Virus record (IMG/VR): IMGVR_UViG_3300033074_001205
Reading direction: 5' to 3' (one strand)
DNA: 64,000 nucleotides
Source of the DNA: an uncultured virus (IMG/VR IMGVR_UViG_3300033074_001205)
Lineage: Duplodnaviria > Heunggongvirae > Uroviricota > Caudoviricetes
Shown in pieces: positions 57,463-64,000 of the stretch (within the stretch, counting starts at the first letter, position 1; the number at the start of each line of letters is the position of its first letter). A program made the translations under genes and the position numbers. The notes under the pieces are model-generated. The model saw only the letters and a program-made list of their open reading frames with translations. It had not been told where the DNA came from and did not search any database.

Positions 57463-57554
57463 TTCGATTCCACCTTGTACTTATAATAAAATATTCCTAA
57501 CACGATTGAGTTAAAACTTAACCAAGCTAAGATTCCTATTTCTAATAATGTCAT
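57459..57554 (-). CDS. 31-aa single-TM peptide (not in track)
   Basis: MTLLEIGILAWLSFNSIVLGIFYYKYKVESK*; AAGGA RBS; ATGA overlap with the next gene. Confidence 0.5.
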   Translation of the reverse strand: MTLLEIGILAWLSFNSIVLGIFYYKYKVESK

Positions 57555-57568
57555 TTAAAATTCCTTTA

Positions 57569-57742
57569 CTACCTGTTATAATAATCACACAAAGATGTGT
57601 TTGAGTTTTGTTCCATCCATTTTATCATCTCTTCATATTCTTTAATTTTTACCTCGTATCTTTCAATAGTTTCATACAACATCTCTGCAACTACTTTAGG
57701 GCTATTCATTAAATATCCTTGTATTACTTGTTCTTTTGTCAT
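57569..57742 (-). CDS. 57-aa hypothetical protein (not in track)
   Basis: MTKEQVIQGYL...DYYNR*; AAGGA RBS. Confidence 0.55.
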   Translation of the reverse strand: MTKEQVIQGYLMNSPKVVAEMLYETIERYEVKIKEYEEMIKWMEQNSNTSLCDYYNR

Positions 57743-57852
57743 TTTCTAATCCTTTCTAATATTATTTCAATAGGAATCTTACAAGAAGACTCCTTTCATA
57801 TAGCTTAATTGATTTATTTTGTTGTGATTGTTTTTAAGTGTAGGAGGGAAAC

Positions 57853-59544
57853 TTATTCAGTTTCCCATTTTAGTTTTGAGCAGTCGTTCTGCCGAGTGAT
57901 TGTTAGTGTATTATCTACATTCTTAATCACTTGATTATGACTAACTATAAAGATAAGTTTATTAGGAAACTTATACTTAATTTTATTCAGTAATAGTGAA
58001 ATAGATTCCACACCAGTTGCATCCACTGCTGATAGAATTTCATCTAGGAATAAAACATTGATAGAGATTCCTGTTAGGATTTCTACTGTTTTATTTAAAG
58101 CTAAGCTTATTAGGAGCATAATCCTGCTCTTAAAACCAGAACTTAAACTGTTATAATTTAGTATAATTTCGGAGTCATCTACAAATAACTCAAAACCAAC
58201 ATTTTTACTTTTATTAATACTAATCTTATAATTAGTACCTAGAAGCTCTTTACCTAGCTCATATAGCTCTGAGTTAAACAATGCCAGAAAAAGTTCCACA
58301 CGTTCTTTTATATATCCTTTTGAGCTTGTAGATTGTGATATTAATTCTAAAATATATACCTTATCCTCAAGTTCGGTTAACTCTGTTTGTTTTGTTATTA
58401 ATAGATTAATTGCATCAGTTCTTTGCTCCATTAAACTATCTCTAATACTTTCCTGTTTTTCAGCATTAGCTTGATTATCTTTCCCTGCCTTATATTGTTG
58501 CAAAGTATTTCTATTAACACTTATCTCAGATGCTACCTTACTAAGCTCTTCCTCAATAGTTTTTAGCTCAGCTTTTTTTGTTAAAACTTTCTCAAAAATA
58601 CTTTCAATATCTTTCTTTAAGTTTTTAATTAAACTTTTATCCGTCTTAGGCAAAAGCTTATCTGTACTTTGCTGACAAGTTGGGCAACTACCAGATTTAA
58701 TTAATGCTTCTTCTTTAGTTAAAGTAGATTCTAAATGTTTAAGCTCTGACTTTAACTCTATTTCCTGCTTTGTAATTTGTTCTAACTCCTTCTTAACCTT
58801 ATCATAGTTTTTCTTTATAATCTCTCGCATATCATCTTGCCTAGATATATCAGCAGATAGTGTATTAATTAACTCAGTAAAGTCTGTCTTATCAAATGTA
58901 GGGACTAAGTCTAATTGTTTACTTAGATTCTCCACTTGTTGCTGGTACATATTAATTTCCTTAATCTGCATATTCACTTCACCTTTGTAGGTTTTTAAAT
59001 CTGCTGAGGATTTCTTATTTATATCATTTATGAACTCAATAGATAATAAACTTTGAATAAATTTACTCTGAGCATCATTGGACACATTTGAGAACAGACT
59101 CTGCGTTGATGGGCTTACATAAATAAGCTGTGAAAATAGAAAGAAAGATAATCCTAATATATCTTCCATTTCAGATAATACATCTTTCTTCCTCGTAAAA
59201 TCTAATAAGACTCCATCTTTGTAGATTTTACATAAATTGTTTTCATAATCATTCTTTATTACATAATCTATACCATCTCGCTCAACTGTAATAGTTACTG
59301 CTGGTTTTTGCCCAGTATATAAATTGCCCATCTTTTCAATAGTTATGTTTGCTAAGTTCTTACCAAATAACCCTTGAAGGATTACATCAGGTAGTGTGCT
59401 TTTACCTACTGAGTTGGATTGAAATAAAGGATTATCTAAATTAGAACCCTCAAGACTAATTATCCCAGATTTATCCTCAAAACTTATTTCAGTATCTTTT
59501 AACAATTTAAAGGTATTAATATCTAAATGTTTAATTTTTATCAT
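57853..59544 (-). CDS. SbcC/Rad50/gp46-like recombination ATPase
   Basis: Walker A SNSVGKS, zinc hook CPTC within coiled coil, signature LSSG, Walker B LFLDE, VSH. Confidence 0.93.
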   Translation of the reverse strand: MIKIKHLDINTFKLLKDTEISFEDKSGIISLEGSNLDNPLFQSNSVGKSTLPDVILQGLFGKNLANITIEKMGNLYTGQKPAVTITVERDGIDYVIKNDYENNLCKIYKDGVLLDFTRKKDVLSEMEDILGLSFFLFSQLIYVSPSTQSLFSNVSNDAQSKFIQSLLSIEFINDINKKSSADLKTYKGEVNMQIKEINMYQQQVENLSKQLDLVPTFDKTDFTELINTLSADISRQDDMREIIKKNYDKVKKELEQITKQEIELKSELKHLESTLTKEEALIKSGSCPTCQQSTDKLLPKTDKSLIKNLKKDIESIFEKVLTKKAELKTIEEELSKVASEISVNRNTLQQYKAGKDNQANAEKQESIRDSLMEQRTDAINLLITKQTELTELEDKVYILELISQSTSSKGYIKERVELFLALFNSELYELGKELLGTNYKISINKSKNVGFELFVDDSEIILNYNSLSSGFKSRIMLLISLALNKTVEILTGISINVLFLDEILSAVDATGVESISLLLNKIKYKFPNKLIFIVSHNQVIKNVDNTLTITRQNDCSKLKWETE

Positions 59545-60604
59545 TTATAGCTCCCACATCATAGCTATGATAGGTTCTTTTAATATTCTCAACCAAATCA
59601 TTTCTACTATTATTTTTTAATATAAATTCCAACAAGTTATTTGATACATCTTTTGAGGATAATGACTCAACTACTTTTTTAGCAATTTCATTATTCTGTT
59701 TCTCAAAAACTAAATCTGTAATACTTGGCTCAATTACTGCAAAATGTTTATAGTTATTTACATTAATTTGCTTTAAATTATGCTTCTTATCTTGAATAAC
59801 ACATTTATAGAAGTTATTATTCAATAAAGCATCTTGTTCTAAACTCTCAATATCTTCTAAAAACTTTTTTACAGAGGGATACACACGTTTATATTTCCTA
59901 TGAGTACTTGTAAGGGTATCTGCCCACTTCCATTCTAAAGTGCTCTCATTTAAAAGCAACACGCTAGGTTGATGGTCGGGTAACTCATTTGAGGAGCCAA
60001 ATGAGGTATCTATAGGTGACCCTGTATATACAATATTATCGTAGGTTAATTTCCAATGTATGTCCCCCAAAATCACTAAAGCAGCCTTATGATTTAGTAA
60101 TGAAACATCTATCTCATCTGAGGCTATACCAGTAATCCCACTACGAAAATGACTAAACACTATATTATAGTTCTTACTAAGTTTTTCTAACTTACTTATA
60201 TTTCCGTGGCTACAATATAAGGTATTATCTACCTCAATATAATCATAAACTTTTACTCCATAATTATCCCACCATTTTACTTTCATTAAATTGGGATAAT
60301 ACTTCTTCTCCTTAAGACCCTCAATTAGACAATGATTCCCACTTAGCATAATTATTTCTAAATCTTTTTCTTTTAAACTCAACATAAAGTTGTGGAATAA
60401 TTCTAATGAAGTTCCTATTGGAGGTGAATCAAAGGTATCCCCTGCTAAAACTAATTTAGTTATTTCATATTCATCTATTATATCTAAGATTTTATTTTGG
60501 GCTTCCTTTTGGGCTTTCTCTTCAAAATCTTCTAAATCTTTATTCTTATACTTCCTATCAGTTAGATGATAATCTGCTAATACTAAGGTTTTAAAGTTGC
60601 TCAT
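59531..60604 (-). CDS. SbcD/Mre11/gp47-like nuclease
   Basis: ADYH, AGDTFD, SGNH, FSH, GDIH, YTGSP; adjacent to the SbcC-like gene. Confidence 0.92.
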   Translation of the reverse strand: MSNFKTLVLADYHLTDRKYKNKDLEDFEEKAQKEAQNKILDIIDEYEITKLVLAGDTFDSPPIGTSLELFHNFMLSLKEKDLEIIMLSGNHCLIEGLKEKKYYPNLMKVKWWDNYGVKVYDYIEVDNTLYCSHGNISKLEKLSKNYNIVFSHFRSGITGIASDEIDVSLLNHKAALVILGDIHWKLTYDNIVYTGSPIDTSFGSSNELPDHQPSVLLLNESTLEWKWADTLTSTHRKYKRVYPSVKKFLEDIESLEQDALLNNNFYKCVIQDKKHNLKQINVNNYKHFAVIEPSITDLVFEKQNNEIAKKVVESLSSKDVSNNLLEFILKNNSRNDLVENIKRTYHSYDVGAINDKN

Positions 60605-61278
60605 TTTATTTCCTTGTTGTAATCTGTTGAAAGCTTATGTGGTAGATTATTCTCAATTATGTAATTGTCTCTTGCGAGGACTGCTTCTTCTTTTGTTTTA
60701 AATGTTCCTATATTAAATCTTATTTTATTTAAATCAATAAAAGTCCTCCACTTATTATTTTTATTATTCCCATAAACTCCCACAAAACCTGAGGTATTAT
60801 TCTTTTGTATTCTTTGGTTTGTACATTGAGTTGTTTTATCTACCCACCTACAATTTTCAGGAGAGTAACCTTTATCATTATCAATTCTATCTAAAGTCAT
60901 ACCATCAACATAAGTTTGGTCGCACCAAGCTACAAAATTTCTAACATCAAGCCACTCCTTACAAACTGTGATTCCACGCCCCCCATAATGTATGTAAGTA
61001 TGATTTTTAAGGTTAGCACACCTATCTAACATAGCAACCCACCTATTATAAAATTTATTTTGATGGAGTCCATGGGTGATTTGTGCTTCTCGAGTGTTAC
61101 AACCACAACTTTTAGTATCACCACACTTAACATTCTGCACCATAGTTTCAAACTCTTTACCACAATATTGGCACTCATATATCCCGTATTTACACCTTTG
61201 TCGGCTTGTCTCTGTAGGCTTTCTTAAATAGGTTTCACCTACCAACTTAGGTGTCATATCCTTTATCTCTTCTTCCAT
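60601..61278 (-). CDS. HNH-type endonuclease with C-terminal AP2 domain (paralogue of 47966..48637)
   Basis: Likely start MEEEIK; CQYCG, YGGRGITVCKEW, DRIDNDKGYSPENCRW, NNTSGFVGV. Confidence 0.88.
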   Translation of the reverse strand: MEEEIKDMTPKLVGETYLRKPTETSRQRCKYGIYECQYCGKEFETMVQNVKCGDTKSCGCNTREAQITHGLHQNKFYNRWVAMLDRCANLKNHTYIHYGGRGITVCKEWLDVRNFVAWCDQTYVDGMTLDRIDNDKGYSPENCRWVDKTTQCTNQRIQKNNTSGFVGVYGNNKNNKWRTFIDLNKIRFNIGTFKTKEEAVLARDNYIIENNLPHKLSTDYNKEIK

Positions 61279-62213
61279 CAAATTCCCCATTCTAACTCCT
61301 CCATTAAACCTGCCTCACCGATTTCATATAAATACAATTCTAATTCATCACTTATCTGTCCGCTAGGTTTCCAATTCAATAAATCCTGCTTCAATTTTTC
61401 AAACTCCCTTTCTTGTTTTTCTGTTAATTTATCCCTATTAGTAAATATACTAATTAACTCCCAGTTTAACTTTATCTTCTCTAATCCTACATCTTCTTTA
61501 ATAGCTGTTAGAGCTTTTATTATGTGGTGTTTATTCCGAGTAGTTGCTCCTTCAATTTCTAAAACATTATCTAAATCAAAATCCTGCATTGCTTTAAATG
61601 TTTTGAAATGATTAACAAGCATTAGAGAAGTTTTTTCACCAGTAAATCCAGTTATGGAATCAATTTTATCGCCGTTGAGGCACTGATACATCTTGAATTT
61701 AGTCTGAGATAAACTTTTAAGCTTAGCCTCAAAGTCATATTGTTTCCCTGATTTAGTATCATATAAATTCCTACAAGGAATTGCAGTATATAAATCCTTA
61801 TCAGCACTAAGTATTAATACCTCATAACCTTCTTCTGTCAACTCTTTAAATAATATCCCCAAGATGTCATCACACTCAAGCTCATAAATATTTCTATAAA
61901 AGAAAATATCATTAAATTTATGTAAGTTTTTATTAAATTGTCTCATCTCAAGAAGCCTAGCAGAAGCCTTATCATCTAATTTCTTATTAGCAACTGCTCT
62001 ATCTCCTTTATAATTTTCTAATAATTTCTTCCTATAACTTGAGTGCCCAGAATCTCCTATACAATAAATTGCATCAACACCTATTGCAAGTTTTAATGCT
62101 CTTAGTGTATCAATTAAACCTGCTCCAAACTTTGCTTCATTCTTACCTAATCTGATATTATGTAGTATAATCGATGTGTCTAATAATGCAATAACTTTTT
62201 TACTTTCCTTCAC
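61278..62213 (-). CDS. 5'-3' flap exonuclease (T5 D15 / T4 RNase H-like)
   Basis: LLDTS, SYRKKLLENYKGDR, LECDDILG, SADKDL, GDKIDSITGFTGEKT. Confidence 0.92.
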   Translation of the reverse strand: MKESKKVIALLDTSIILHNIRLGKNEAKFGAGLIDTLRALKLAIGVDAIYCIGDSGHSSYRKKLLENYKGDRAVANKKLDDKASARLLEMRQFNKNLHKFNDIFFYRNIYELECDDILGILFKELTEEGYEVLILSADKDLYTAIPCRNLYDTKSGKQYDFEAKLKSLSQTKFKMYQCLNGDKIDSITGFTGEKTSLMLVNHFKTFKAMQDFDLDNVLEIEGATTRNKHHIIKALTAIKEDVGLEKIKLNWELISIFTNRDKLTEKQEREFEKLKQDLLNWKPSGQISDELELYLYEIGEAGLMEELEWGI

Positions 62214-62410
62214 AAATTCTCCTTTCTCTTTTTGTTATGAACTTCTCGTTCTAAATAATTAATATAATTTAATCTACTACCCTCAGACTTATCCATATAT
62301 CTATCCATTGAGGTTAAATTAAGACCTAAATATTTCTCCAGCTCTATTACATATTCACTCTGCCAAAGTCCACCCATCTTTTTAAACTCAATTAGTGTTA
62401 AACATTTCAT
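62210..62410 (-). CDS. Hypothetical protein
   Basis: 66-aa coupled ORF. Confidence 0.55.
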   Translation of the reverse strand: MKCLTLIEFKKMGGLWQSEYVIELEKYLGLNLTSMDRYMDKSEGSRLNYINYLEREVHNKKRKENL

Positions 62411-62582
62411 CCCTAACCCTTTCTCCCTCTCTCCAAAGATAAACTCTACCTAACCTACTCAGCTTTATTCTCTCATGCCATATTAAATTGTTTCTAATAA
62501 ATTTAAGTGCATCTTTAATATTATCAAACTCATCATAATAGGAAAAATAGCCATATCTACATACTATGTATTTATCCCTCAT
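62388..62582 (-). CDS. Hypothetical protein
   Basis: 64-aa coupled ORF. Confidence 0.55.
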   Translation of the reverse strand: MRDKYIVCRYGYFSYYDEFDNIKDALKFIRNNLIWHERIKLSRLGRVYLWREGERVRDEMFNTN

Positions 62583-63232
62583 CTAACCCACCTCATATCC
62601 AACACATTCTCACCTAAACCCAGCACAAATCCTTTATTAACTTTCTGCCCAGACTTACACCTAAACACCTGCATCTTCTCCAAATCGCTATCTCTACAAA
62701 ACTTATTCACAGCAATCTCTCTTGTACTAAAATCTTGCTCAAAATTTCCTTCAGCCCATTCCTTATCAATCAAGTAAGTTAAAACCCTCATAGAGCTACC
62801 ATACTTGGCTAATATGATAATCAAACCTTTCGGTAATAGTTTGAGCTTCCTTAAGATAGATTGGGGCAAATAGCTATGCTTATGACCTTGTAATGACGTG
62901 TTATACAAATACAATTCATTAACATCTGCTGGGATATATAAAAAATCATTCTTAGCATAGTACCCATCAATTTCATCCATTGAAACTAAGTGCATTGAAA
63001 AGTTTGGCAAGTCATCTTTCACAAGAATCTTTTTAAAAACTGGTTCAAACTGTTTCAACTTAATATAGAATGGAATATTTTCCAACTTAACCTTATCTTT
63101 ACCTTTATAATAATCTTGTAGCCATAGAACCCAATCAGGTGAAATCCTTCTAAGGTCTTTTAATGGAATCTTATCCAGAGAAAGTAATGTGAGGAAGGAT
63201 ATAGCTCTTGCTTGGTTTAGGGATTTATTCAT
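62579..63232 (-). CDS. Hypothetical protein
   Basis: 217-aa ORF. Confidence 0.7.
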   Translation of the reverse strand: MNKSLNQARAISFLTLLSLDKIPLKDLRRISPDWVLWLQDYYKGKDKVKLENIPFYIKLKQFEPVFKKILVKDDLPNFSMHLVSMDEIDGYYAKNDFLYIPADVNELYLYNTSLQGHKHSYLPQSILRKLKLLPKGLIIILAKYGSSMRVLTYLIDKEWAEGNFEQDFSTREIAVNKFCRDSDLEKMQVFRCKSGQKVNKGFVLGLGENVLDMRWVR

Positions 63233-63431
63233 CTAATTTTCCTTTCAAAAATTTTGGATTACAAACTCGGTCAAGTTCTAAGATTAATATATCTAAATCA
63301 TAATCTTTACAATCAAACCTTATCATAGAGCTGTCTGTGAAAAATATGACTATTACTCCTGCTTTTTCTTCAAAACTATATGTCTGAATTTGGTCAACAT
63401 TTATTCTATGTGTTCCTATACAAATGTACAT
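63225..63431 (-). CDS. Hypothetical protein
   Basis: 68 aa with AAGGA RBS and promoter upstream. Confidence 0.65.
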   Translation of the reverse strand: MYICIGTHRINVDQIQTYSFEEKAGVIVIFFTDSSMIRFDCKDYDLDILILELDRVCNPKFLKGKLDE

Positions 63432-63466
63432 TTTAATTCCTTTCTTGTTTATTTATTTAACAGTGT

Positions 63467-63499
63467 ATTGTATGATTAGTTTGCTTAAAGTTTTATTAA
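63467..63499 (-). promoter_or_regulatory. Promoter TTAATAAAACTTTAAG-N11-TACAAT
   Basis: Exact recurrent motif. Confidence 0.75.
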
Positions 63500-63717
63500 G
63501 AGTGTATATAATTGCAGTTAGTTGTGGGTATTGTAGTTATTATGTAAGTATAAGGTTATGTATGTTTTATGTATATTTTAGTGTTTATTTGGTGAAATGT
63601 GTAGGTTTTATGTATGTGGTAAGAAGATTGTAATTGCTGTTTTATTAACAATTACAATCTTAGTTTAAACTCTCTAAAAAAGATTACGAGAGTTAGGTTT
63701 TATTTTAGAGTAATGAA

Positions 63718-63750
63718 ATTATAACAAAGCATTACTTAAAGTTTTATTAA
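63718..63750 (-). promoter_or_regulatory. Promoter TTAATAAAACTTTAAG-N11-TATAAT
   Basis: Exact recurrent motif. Confidence 0.7.
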
Positions 63751-64000
63751 GTGGTTTTGTTTTTAGTTTATTTCAGGGATTTTATCAGATAGACTCTCAA
63801 TCAATTCCATTTCGTTCTTATATTTCTCAGTTAGTTTAATATTTATAACTTTATATTCCTTACTTTTCATCTCAGTCTTTGAAGATAATATTATAGGCTT
63901 TCTATCCAACTTAGCTTGTGTAAATAAATTATCCAAGAAGTTCTGCCTAAAGTCTGTTACATATACTGACTGAATGTTAAATATAGTTAAAAAGTCAGCA

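Noticed and set aside
63424..63633. 69-aa plus-strand ORF
   Set aside because: It is a low-complexity T-rich translation overlapping a minus-strand promoter and has no RBS.
1..64000. Stop-codon reassignment, or integrated prophage with host genes
   Set aside because: Long genes are intact in the standard code with TAA, TAG and TGA all used as stops; no integrase, repressor cassette or host housekeeping flank was recognised.

Overview
A 64-kb segment of an AT-rich, long-tailed (siphovirus-type) dsDNA bacteriophage genome in the standard genetic code. No integrase, tail sheath, CRISPR array, reverse transcriptase or canonical tRNA was recognised. There are three transcription blocks. (1) A leftward block (662-19573) encodes ThyX, an ATP-dependent DNA ligase, a RuvC-like resolvase, a MazG-like enzyme, a probable SSB, NrdA/NrdB and a divergent family-A-polymerase-like protein. 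(2) A rightward block (20542-47958) covers packaging, head, tail and lysis, and includes a lambda-type GGGAAAG -1 frameshift and a 2435-aa tape measure protein. (3) A second leftward block (47966-63431) encodes Dda-like and SF2 helicases, an SbcCD/gp46-47-like pair, a flap exonuclease and a metallophosphoesterase. Recurrent TTAAG-N11/N22-TAnnnT promoters suggest a Campylobacterota host (inference). The best candidate for an undescribed system is the PolA-fold protein of unknown function, which sits directly beside a symmetric inverted repeat with ~130-bp arms at the point where transcription diverges. Other leads are a ~600-nt ORF-free, densely structured region between nrdB and the SSB-like gene (candidate large ncRNA or ncRNA cluster), GCGAAGC mini-hairpins between the two helicase genes, and genes bounded by duplicated stop/start junctions. 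All functional calls rest on motifs recognised by eye; no searches were run.
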